NCBI GenBank assembly: GCA_013331805.1
Contig: DUFS01000057.1
Location: 4,215 to 26,991, forward strand
DNA from: Candidatus Micrarchaeota archaeon
GTDB taxonomy: Archaea > Micrarchaeota > Micrarchaeia > Anstonellales > Anstonellaceae
DNA: 22,777 nucleotides
Direction of reading: 5' to 3'
Position numbers and translations under genes: made by a program. A model generated the notes under the pieces. That model was not told where the DNA came from, made no database searches, and worked only from the letters and a program-made list of their open reading frames with translations. Of the stretch, positions 8,169-15,514 are shown in pieces. Each line of letters begins with the position of its first letter. The stretch's first letter is position 1.

Positions 8169-8263
8169 GAGGAAGTGTTTGTTTATAAAGATATATAAGA
8201 ATTTATATTAATATTTTTAATATAACACTAATAATACTAGATAAAATAAGTGAAAGTGAAAAA
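8169..8263. promoter_or_regulatory. Divergent AT-rich promoter region with a candidate operator
   Basis: Most AT-rich stretch of the window; inverted repeat TTATATTAA (8203-8211)-N5-TTAATATAA (8217-8225); minus-strand TTATATAT box at 8191-8198. Confidence 0.7.
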
Positions 8264-9262
8264 ATGCACAAAATCGACAAAACAGACGGGGAGATCCTGT
8301 TCCAGCTGGACCTGGACGCCAGGCAGCCCAATTCCTCAATTGCCGCAAAAGTCAGGGCGAGCAAGGAGGTTGTTGGCTACAGGATAAGGCGCATGGAGGA
8401 GGAGGGGATAATCGAGGGCTATTATGCGCTTGTGGACATGACCCGCTTAGGCTTCCAGAACGCCAGGATATTCATCAAGCTGAAGAACAGCAGCCCTGCC
8501 GAGGAGCGGGAAACCATAGACTATTTCCAGAAAAGCAGCCGGTGCTGGTGGGTGAACAGCATTTCCGGCTCCTTCACAGACATGGGAATAGCATTCTGGG
8601 TAAGGGACCTCAACGATTTCCATTCATTCAAGGAGGAGCTGATGAACAGGTTCGGGGACAGGATCGAATTCTACCGCGAGTCTTACTATTCGAGGATACA
8701 TGTCTGGCGGAGGAATTACCTTTCCTCAGGGAATGAAAAGCCTTGCTACAGCCTCATTCCGGGGAACAGTCTGAAGATAGAATATGACATGCGCGACATC
8801 AGGCTGCTCTCAGCCCTTTCACAGGACGCCAGGCTGCCCATTGTGAAACTTTCGCAAAAAGTCGGGCTGAGCGTGACTGCCACTTCATACAGATTGGCAA
8901 GCCTGAAGAAAAAGGGCATTATACTGGGCTTCAGGCCGAAAATATCCTTCCCGAAAACCGGCCACTATTGGTACAAGGTTGAATTTCGGCTGGGGGACAA
9001 TCGGGTCAAGCAAAAAATGCTTTCGTACTTCGGCTCGCACCCCAACATAGTCTGGGCGTACGAAAGCATTGGCGGCGGGACCGAGCTTGAAATGGAGATG
9101 GAAGTGGAGTCGCACGAGAAGTTCAGGGAAGTGGCAGATGATTTGCGTTCGAAATTCAGCGCTGCGATCCGGACCTACAACTATTACCTTTGGTCAGCAG
9201 AGCACAAGATCGTCTTTTTCCCGCCTAAGGAGTTCTTCGGGCTGAAAAACCTGAAAGGCTAG
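8264..9262 (+). CDS. Lrp/AsnC-family transcriptional regulator with two tandem HTH plus effector modules
   Basis: IDKTDGEILFQLDLDARQPNSSIAAKV...VGYRIRRMEEEGII, and a second copy DMRDIRLLSALSQDARLPIVKLSQKVGLS...YRLASLKKKGII, each followed by a RAM-like alpha/beta domain. Confidence 0.92.
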   Translation: MHKIDKTDGEILFQLDLDARQPNSSIAAKVRASKEVVGYRIRRMEEEGIIEGYYALVDMTRLGFQNARIFIKLKNSSPAEERETIDYFQKSSRCWWVNSISGSFTDMGIAFWVRDLNDFHSFKEELMNRFGDRIEFYRESYYSRIHVWRRNYLSSGNEKPCYSLIPGNSLKIEYDMRDIRLLSALSQDARLPIVKLSQKVGLSVTATSYRLASLKKKGIILGFRPKISFPKTGHYWYKVEFRLGDNRVKQKMLSYFGSHPNIVWAYESIGGGTELEMEMEVESHEKFREVADDLRSKFSAAIRTYNYYLWSAEHKIVFFPPKEFFGLKNLKG

Positions 9263-10593
9263 TGCGCGCTTTCAATTTCCTTCATTATCAGGTTCCCTGC
9301 GCGCTGGACTATTTCGGAAAGCTTTTTCTCACTTTTTGCCTCCGCGGTGAGGCGTATGGCGGGCTCGGTGCCTGATGGGCGTATTAGGAGCCAGCCGTCC
9401 TCAAAGTCGTACCTCAGGCCGTCCACGGTTGAAAGCCTTCCTTCCAGCTGGGGCTTTTCCGAAATCTTCCTCATTATCTCCCCTTTCATGTCAGCCCTGC
9501 ACTTGTATTTTGTCCTGGCCATGTGGTGCGCCTTGATGCCCCTGGATGCGCCTGAAAGCGGGCCTCTTTGCGCGAATATTTCCGCGACCATGATTGCCGA
9601 AAGCAGCCCCTCTGCGCAGGGGGTGGCAAAGGGAAAAACGTATTCCCCGCACGGCTCGCCCCCGAACGCGGCTGACTGGCGCTTCACCTCGTCCGCAACG
9701 TGAAGGCTTCCCACGGGCGTGATGAAAAGCCTGCCCCCGTGCCGCTCCACGGTCTCGCGGACCGAAAGCGAGGCCTCCACCGTGGTTACGAATTTCTTGT
9801 TGTGGTCCCTGGAAAGCATGTGGCTGCAGAAAACCGCAAGCTGCGTGTCAAGCGGGAGAACAACGCCTTTTTCGTCTATTGCTATCGCCCGGTCTCCGTC
9901 GCCGTCGAACGCAATGCCAAAGTCGCATTTTTCCTTCACCACCAGCGCCGCCGACTCGGAGAGTGTGGAGGGCTTTGGCTCGAGATTCCTTGTGAATTGC
10001 CCGGGCTTGTCGCAGTTGACCCGGACCACGCTGCAGCCCGCGGCTTCGAAAAGCCTTGGAGCAATCGAATAGGCTGCTGCATTTCCGGCGTCAATGAGCA
10101 CCCTGATCTTGCGCTTTCCTATTGCCTGTGAATCGACCCTGGCAATCAGGAACTTTATGTAGTCCTCAGAAAAGTCCTTCCTGCCTTTCTGCCCAGCTTT
10201 GTCCCAGGGAGCCTTTTTCAAATCAGAGGAGACTGCCTCTTCCACCTTTTTTTCCTGTGCCTTGGAATATTCGCCCCCTTTTGAAAAAAGCTTGATGCCG
10301 TTGTATTCCGGAGGGTTGTGCGAGGCGGTGATCATTGCCCCGTCGCACTTTTCCACAAAGGTGGCGTAGGCAAGCAGAGGGGTGGGGCCCACTCCCAAGT
10401 CTATCACTTCGGCGCCCGACTGCATTGCGCCTGCCGCAAGCGCGCCTGCAAGTATGGGAGAGGTCTGCCTGGTGTCGGAGCAGAGGATGACCTTCCTGCC
10501 CGCCCCGCCCATGGCATTGCCGACCTTTGCGGCAAGCTCGGCAGCGACTTCCTTGCCATAAAGCCCTCGGATTCCTGATGTGCCGAACAGCAT
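9259..10593 (-). CDS. glmM: Phosphoglucosamine mutase / alpha-D-phosphohexomutase
   Basis: LFGTSGIRG; phosphoserine motif ITASHNP; metal loop FDGDGDR; GGEPCG; LIRPSGTEP. PGM/PMM specificity cannot be excluded. Confidence 0.88.
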   Translation of the reverse strand: MLFGTSGIRGLYGKEVAAELAAKVGNAMGGAGRKVILCSDTRQTSPILAGALAAGAMQSGAEVIDLGVGPTPLLAYATFVEKCDGAMITASHNPPEYNGIKLFSKGGEYSKAQEKKVEEAVSSDLKKAPWDKAGQKGRKDFSEDYIKFLIARVDSQAIGKRKIRVLIDAGNAAAYSIAPRLFEAAGCSVVRVNCDKPGQFTRNLEPKPSTLSESAALVVKEKCDFGIAFDGDGDRAIAIDEKGVVLPLDTQLAVFCSHMLSRDHNKKFVTTVEASLSVRETVERHGGRLFITPVGSLHVADEVKRQSAAFGGEPCGEYVFPFATPCAEGLLSAIMVAEIFAQRGPLSGASRGIKAHHMARTKYKCRADMKGEIMRKISEKPQLEGRLSTVDGLRYDFEDGWLLIRPSGTEPAIRLTAEAKSEKKLSEIVQRAGNLIMKEIESAH

Positions 10594-10614
10594 GGAGCAT
10601 TCTTCGAAAATAGG

Positions 10615-10622
10615 TTTTTAAA
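10615..10622. promoter_or_regulatory. Shared bidirectional TATA box between glmM and secG
   Basis: TTTTTAAA centred between divergent ATGs at 10593 and 10646. Confidence 0.6.
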
Positions 10623-10645
10623 CTCTTGATATTGAAACATCGACC

Positions 10646-10825
10646 ATGAGCGTAGACAGGATGTCGGTCTCAGGGCCGCAGTCTTCGGCAGGCATACTGG
10701 GGATTTCCTCCAACACCAATCTCGGCGGCTGGAAGTTCAACCCCCGCGGAGTGGTCATCTTCGCAGCGGCATTCATAATACTGGTCAAGATAATCGACGT
10801 GGTAATCAACAGGAGATTGCTCTAA
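10646..10825 (+). CDS. secG: Preprotein translocase subunit Sec61beta/SecG (59 aa; absent from the ORF track)
   Basis: Manual translation: MSVDRMSVSGPQSSAGILGISSNTNLGGWKFNPRGVVIFAAAFIILVKIIDVVINRRLL*. The SSAG[IL] motif, K-x-x-P-x-x-V-V and single C-terminal TM helix match archaeal Sec61beta. It fills the glmM-HD gap exactly. Confidence 0.82.
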   Translation: MSVDRMSVSGPQSSAGILGISSNTNLGGWKFNPRGVVIFAAAFIILVKIIDVVINRRLL

Positions 10826-11931
10826 GAAGAAAGGAGCCTTTTTGCCGCAGCCGAAACCTTTGCCGCATTTTTCCCATCGCACATCACAATGGCTTCCAGC
10901 CTGCTTTTCTCTATCCTCTCAAGCGAGGCCACGATTTCCGACCCATTTGACAAAAGCGACTTCTTCCCCTCGCAGTCCAGCCTGACTTGGGTGGAAAGCG
11001 ACAGGCGCGGGATGTCTATCAGCACAGGGCATCCGCATTTTTCCGACAGGAGTTTTTCCGCTTTCGAGGGCGAAACCTTAAGCGAGGAAAGTGGAAGCGA
11101 GTGGGCCTTTTTGAAAAGGCGCCTTTCCATGAGGCGCCTTGCGAATTCCCTGCCCTTGCTGGAGCGCTGCAACAGCATTAGCATTTCCGCGTCGTTGAGC
11201 TGCAGCGCGTCTTTCGGAGGCAGTGTGCCGTCCCCGATGGCAAGCGAAATCGACTGCTGCAGCATGCGCGAGGCAATGCGCACTGTCTTGTGAAGGTAAA
11301 CCGTGGAGAACATCGTGAACCGGGCGACCAGCAGGCTTTCCGCAGCAGGAAGGCCGCGCTCGGTTGCATATAGCCCCTTGGAGTCCAGGCCGACAGTGGA
11401 GCAGATCCGGTCAGCGTCGATCACCCCGTAAGCCACGCCTGTGTAGTGCGAGTCGCGCAGAAGATAGTCCATCCTGTCAGCCCCTATGTCAGAAGTAATT
11501 ATCTGCCCAAGCGGCGTGCTTGCCAATCGGGCTATTTCTGCAGGCTGGAACTCCGTAGCGAGTATGTCTGCAATGTTTCCCGAAAGGATCATCTTTTCCC
11601 CGATTTTTTCGTGATTCCCCAGGTGCTTTTCCAGGACGGCTTCTGCCTCGTGGGAGAATGCCACGTGCCCGATGTCGTGCAGCAGGGCTGCGGCGCGGAC
11701 TTTCTTTGCCTTGCCCTCGGGAAGGAGCAGCTCATGGCACATCCTGTCCGCAAGGTGAAGCGCGCCTATGGAGTGCTCGAATCGCGTGTGGTTCGCCCCT
11801 GGATAGACCAGGTGCGCCATGGCGAGCTGGCGTATGCCCCGCAGCCGCTGCATCTGCGGCGTGTCAAGCAGCCGCTCCTCAAGGTCGGAAAGCACCACTG
11901 TTCCGTGCAATGGGTCGCGTATCCTTACCAT
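10822..11931 (-). CDS. HD-domain phosphohydrolase (COG1078, SAMHD1/dNTPase-like)
   Basis: IRDPLHG, MQRLRGIRQL, VYPGANHTRFEHSIG, LLHDIGH..FSH, DRMDYLLRD, VYLHKT. ATG at 11931. Confidence 0.93.
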   Translation of the reverse strand: MVRIRDPLHGTVVLSDLEERLLDTPQMQRLRGIRQLAMAHLVYPGANHTRFEHSIGALHLADRMCHELLLPEGKAKKVRAAALLHDIGHVAFSHEAEAVLEKHLGNHEKIGEKMILSGNIADILATEFQPAEIARLASTPLGQIITSDIGADRMDYLLRDSHYTGVAYGVIDADRICSTVGLDSKGLYATERGLPAAESLLVARFTMFSTVYLHKTVRIASRMLQQSISLAIGDGTLPPKDALQLNDAEMLMLLQRSSKGREFARRLMERRLFKKAHSLPLSSLKVSPSKAEKLLSEKCGCPVLIDIPRLSLSTQVRLDCEGKKSLLSNGSEIVASLERIEKSRLEAIVMCDGKNAAKVSAAAKRLLSS

Positions 11932-11935
11932 TTTT

Positions 11936-12718
11936 TCAAGCCTTTGAGAATTTTCCCTTCCTCTTTTCCAGAACCTCGCCCTCCTCCAGCAGGTGCACCA
12001 GTATGGCACGGCAGCCCTCTGACGGGATGCCTGCCTCTTCCGCTATTTCCTCAGGCGTCTTGTCCGACTTGCCAAGGCGGATGAGAACCTCTTTTTCATG
12101 CGACTCGAAGAATCCCTTGGTGACAAAATAGTATTTCCTGTCAAATGCGCGCTGGCCCCGCACCTCGCCTGACTTGACCTTGTCCGAAAAGGCATTCCCG
12201 AAATTGCGCGCCTCGGAGTCGTTTTCCAGCACCATCCAGCCGGTTTTCTCCAGGTGGGCAATCGAATTTTGCGGAAGCTGGGGAACAAGTGCCTGGGAGG
12301 GGGCTGCGGCAGGCTCGCGGACTGCCGCAAACGCCGCCTCTGAAACGTTTAAGACCCCTGTCTTTTCGTACTTGCCGCCGTGGAAGATTTGGACCGCCTC
12401 GTTCTTGAGCAGTGCTTCGAGCGTCTCCTTTTCCTCCTTGGAAAGGGCTTTTCCCACCTCGGCAGGGATGCGCGACTCGAACCTGATGGAAAGGAGCTTT
12501 CTCACCAGCGCCTTTTCCTTTTCGCTTAGGCTTTTTGCAGCAGCCGCCTTTTGCTCCCGGGCAGAGTGCGGATGGACCACAAATCCCTTGACGGTCAATA
12601 AATAGGCGCCGTCCCTGAGGGGGAAAAGCTCCAGTGTCTGCGACTGGAAAATCTCCTGCGGCAGCTGCCCTGAAAGCAGCACCCCATCCTTTGTCCGAGT
12701 CACCCGAAGTTCAGCCAA
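11936..12718 (-). CDS. Hypothetical protein with a C-terminal winged-helix domain
   Basis: TTG at 12718 follows an AGGTGA RBS overlapping the upstream stop. C-terminus KTPEEIAEEAGIPSEGCRAILVHLLEEGEVLEKRKGKF looks like a wHTH. Confidence 0.72.
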   Translation of the reverse strand: MAELRVTRTKDGVLLSGQLPQEIFQSQTLELFPLRDGAYLLTVKGFVVHPHSAREQKAAAAKSLSEKEKALVRKLLSIRFESRIPAEVGKALSKEEKETLEALLKNEAVQIFHGGKYEKTGVLNVSEAAFAAVREPAAAPSQALVPQLPQNSIAHLEKTGWMVLENDSEARNFGNAFSDKVKSGEVRGQRAFDRKYYFVTKGFFESHEKEVLIRLGKSDKTPEEIAEEAGIPSEGCRAILVHLLEEGEVLEKRKGKFSKA

Positions 12719-12723
12719 AATGA

Positions 12724-13335
12724 TCACCTGATAAGCCTTTTTTGAACTGCTTTTGCGCCCGGCTGCAGTTCCGAGAATATCTTTGCCTGGAAACTGCTTA
12801 TTTTCACCGAGGCCGAGCGCCACATCTCGCGGGGCAGGCCTGCTTTTTCGCACAGGTGCGCCAAGAACTCGCGCTCGTCCCAGTTCCACTCGATCGGGAC
12901 CTGCGGAAGCAGCAGGCCTGATGCGTACCCGTAGCTGATGATCAGCCCGTCCCTGCCGACCTTTATTTTCTTCAAATACTCCTCGGAATTTTTCACCTCG
13001 ATCTCCTCGGGGACGCTGAGCACCGAGACCTCGACCGTGATTTTCCCAAGCTCGCCCTTTTCAAGCGGGGGGAACCGCGGGTCCTCGAATGCTGCAGAAA
13101 GCGAGCTGTCCACAACTGCCTGCGAAAGCTCCTTTATGGGAAGCGGATAGCCGATGCAGCCCCGAAGCTCGTGCGAGGGGTAGGACTCCAGGGTGACGAA
13201 CACCCCCCTTTTTTCTGAAAAGACACCGTTGGTCTTTTCTGGCCTCATTTTCCTGCCCGTGGCAAAATAGCCCTCTATGGCATTCCTTGCAAGCTGCACC
13301 AGGTAAGCGCCCTCTGCGTCCGAAAGATCAGCCAT
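12724..13335 (-). CDS. AMMECR1 / TIGR00296 family protein
   Basis: KRGVFVTL, LRGCIG, AAFEDPRFPP, VEVSVLS, GRDGLII, GLLLPQVP, LCEKAGL. ATG at 13335 with GGGTG RBS. Confidence 0.96.
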   Translation of the reverse strand: MADLSDAEGAYLVQLARNAIEGYFATGRKMRPEKTNGVFSEKRGVFVTLESYPSHELRGCIGYPLPIKELSQAVVDSSLSAAFEDPRFPPLEKGELGKITVEVSVLSVPEEIEVKNSEEYLKKIKVGRDGLIISYGYASGLLLPQVPIEWNWDEREFLAHLCEKAGLPREMWRSASVKISSFQAKIFSELQPGAKAVQKRLIR

Positions 13336-13402
13336 TGCCCACACCCGATAAGCCAAATTGTGCAGAGATTAATTTAAAATGAGCGCCAGCCCTTATTTAG
13401 CC

Positions 13403-13906
13403 ATGGAATACATTGACGAGATAATGCGCGTCAAAAAGCCTTCAGGAAAGCTTTTGGACCATCTTGCCGAGCAGTATTCCGCAATCTCCTTCAGGTTCGG
13501 CTATCTCGAGGCGCAGTCGCCCTGCTGGCTTTACTTCATGAGGAAGGACGGGCAATCCTCGGCATTCGAGCTGCAGTTCGGCAATGTCTCGGAATTCAAG
13601 TCCTCGCTCGAGAAGCTGAACAAGTCGGGCGCGCAGCTTTGCTTTTTCATAACCAGCTCGCTTGCCCACACAATGAAGCTGGAGGAGGTGAGGGGCTTGC
13701 TGCTTCGCAATTTCCAGATAAAGAGCCAGAAGTTCGTGCTCATCGACATCGAGGCAGGCAGGTCCCTGAAGGTCAACTTCGAGTGGGACGAGTTCGAAAA
13801 GAAGATGGAAGCGCCCCAGGCAAGGCAGGACGGAAAGCCTGTTTTCCGGCAGGAGAGGAGGAAGAAGATATACGGAAGAAGGGGGGAGCATAAGGAGCAG
13901 GACTGA
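13403..13906 (+). CDS. Hypothetical protein, possibly restriction-endonuclease-like alpha/beta fold, with basic tail
   Basis: Typical coding codon pattern (G/C third positions). TTTAAAA at 13373-13379 overlaps the first ATG (13379), which favours ATG 13403. Confidence 0.7.
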   Translation: MEYIDEIMRVKKPSGKLLDHLAEQYSAISFRFGYLEAQSPCWLYFMRKDGQSSAFELQFGNVSEFKSSLEKLNKSGAQLCFFITSSLAHTMKLEEVRGLLLRNFQIKSQKFVLIDIEAGRSLKVNFEWDEFEKKMEAPQARQDGKPVFRQERRKKIYGRRGEHKEQD

Positions 13907-13997
13907 TGACGCGGCTCTTTTTGCCAAGAAAACACCCCATACCACTACATTTAAATAGGATTATAGGCAGAATTCAAGTGTCTAAGGGAGGTTTCGC

Positions 13998-15503
13998 ATG
14001 AGATTAATTCTTCTGGCATTTTCAGTGCTGGCGCTCCTTCAGGCAGCATTTGCGGCCGCCTATACTAACTCCTATTCGAATGAATGGGCGAAAATCACCA
14101 GGACAACCACGGTTTCGGAATCCTTGTGCCCAGAAGGGGTCACAGGAGTCTGCGCCAGCACAGGCGCATCCAGCCCCTCCGGCATATACGGCACGGAGGT
14201 CAACATCACGGTTGAAAATGCCGGCCTGATTGAAAGGAAGCAGGTGCAGGTGACCGAAAGCCTGCTGCACGTGCCCGCGGGTGCGAGAATAAATTTTGAA
14301 GCCTCGCCCAGCGTTTCGGACGGCCATTCCGCCACTTTCCATCTGGGCAACCTTTTCCCTGGAGGGAAAAAGTCGTTCTTGTACTCATTTGCAGCCAGAA
14401 TTTCAGAAAAGGAAGCCCTGGCAATGGCTGCGCCCATAGTAAGCTCGGAAACAGTGCGGGTTATGCTGGCTGCAACCGAGTTCTCCAAAGTGGGCTCCCG
14501 CGTTTCCCTGACGCTTCGGACGCTTTCGGGCCAGGCAATCCCAGGGACGCTGATCAGGGTGGGATACCCGGACGGCACCAGCCAGGACATGAGAACTGAT
14601 TTCCGGGGGCAGGTAAGCTTCATTGCAGAAAAGGAAGGATTCTACACCTATGCTGCCAGGGGTTATACCCTTGAAAGGATTGTTTCCACCTCTGTGGGGC
14701 CGGAAGAGGAGCCTTCGGTCCCGACGGGTGCGGGCGCGGTGCTGGTGGACGAGGGGCTGGGCGCCTCTCTGAGCGGGCTTTTGCCCGTACTTGCCGCAAT
14801 GTTCGGCCTTGGAGTGCTTGCCCTTATCATCTACAATTTCTTTGTCTCCCGCGAGGAAGAGGAAGAGGTGCCCGAGCAGCCGTCCAAGCCGCAGCAATAC
14901 TATAGCACAAAAGAGCCCGAGCAGCCATCAAAGAAGCAGCAGTACTACGGAAAAGAGCCAGAGACCCAATCCCCTATGTATTCGCAAAAGATCACCTTTG
15001 CCCCTGCCAGCAATGCTGATGAGGGCAGCCTGCATGATGCCACCCGCGGGCTGGTGGAAAGCCGGAAGAAAATGATGCAGGCCTCGGAAGTGGCATCAAA
15101 TGAGCCGCAGCACAACAATCTCCAGGCAGGGGCAAAGCTCGGCAAAGCTTTGTCCGCAGCGGAAAATTCCACTGCAACAAGCAGGAAGGGGGCGCAAGAA
15201 GAAATCCGGGCGCCGGCAGATGAGGCGGAAGTGGAGCAGGAGCTTGAGAAACTGGAGGAGGAGGCTGAGGGCGAACTGGAAGGCCAGGAAGAGGAAATCG
15301 AAAAGGCAATCGCAGAGCTCGAGGAAATTAGGAAAAAGCTTCGCGAGCGGCGCGAACAGGTGCTTTCCGTTGAGGAGAAGCTTGAGCGCGAGGTTGAGGA
15401 GGAGCGCGAACCTGAGCCCCAGAAAAAGCCCCAGCCCAGGATAATGCCCCCGACCGAGAGGCAGGAACCCAAGATAAACCCTTCCTTTGGCAAGAAGAAA
15501 TAG
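13998..15503 (+). CDS. Type I membrane-anchored surface protein (signal peptide, Ig-like beta domains, TM helix, acidic coiled-coil tail)
   Basis: Signal MRLILLAFSVLALLQAAFA; beta-rich EVNITVEN and TDFRGQVSF..EGFYTY; TM LLPVLAAMFGLGVLALIIYNFFV; Glu-rich heptads. TATA at 13950-13957, GGGAGG at 13986-13991. Confidence 0.85.
   Translation: MRLILLAFSVLALLQAAFAAAYTNSYSNEWAKITRTTTVSESLCPEGVTGVCASTGASSPSGIYGTEVNITVENAGLIERKQVQVTESLLHVPAGARINFEASPSVSDGHSATFHLGNLFPGGKKSFLYSFAARISEKEALAMAAPIVSSETVRVMLAATEFSKVGSRVSLTLRTLSGQAIPGTLIRVGYPDGTSQDMRTDFRGQVSFIAEKEGFYTYAARGYTLERIVSTSVGPEEEPSVPTGAGAVLVDEGLGASLSGLLPVLAAMFGLGVLALIIYNFFVSREEEEEVPEQPSKPQQYYSTKEPEQPSKKQQYYGKEPETQSPMYSQKITFAPASNADEGSLHDATRGLVESRKKMMQASEVASNEPQHNNLQAGAKLGKALSAAENSTATSRKGAQEEIRAPADEAEVEQELEKLEEEAEGELEGQEEEIEKAIAELEEIRKKLRERREQVLSVEEKLEREVEEEREPEPQKKPQPRIMPPTERQEPKINPSFGKKK
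14871..14957 (+). repeat. Intragenic tandem duplication (45 bp + 42 bp)
   Basis: PEQPSKPQQYYSTKE / PEQPSKKQQYYGKE; both units start CCCGAGCAGCC and end AAAAGAG. Confidence 0.88.
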
Positions 15504-15514
15504 CTGCTTTTCAA

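Noticed and set aside
8264..9262. Fused siroheme decarboxylase (AhbA/B, NirDL), which shares the Lrp fold
   Set aside because: No HxYxR-type motif and no heme biosynthesis genes nearby; the layout fits a regulator.
10618..10882. Minus-strand ORFs 10618-10809 and 10670-10882
   Set aside because: Antisense to the Sec61beta-like ORF, which has family motifs and a well-placed promoter.
14871..14957. CRISPR-like repeat
   Set aside because: Only two adjacent in-frame coding units, with no spacers and no cas genes.
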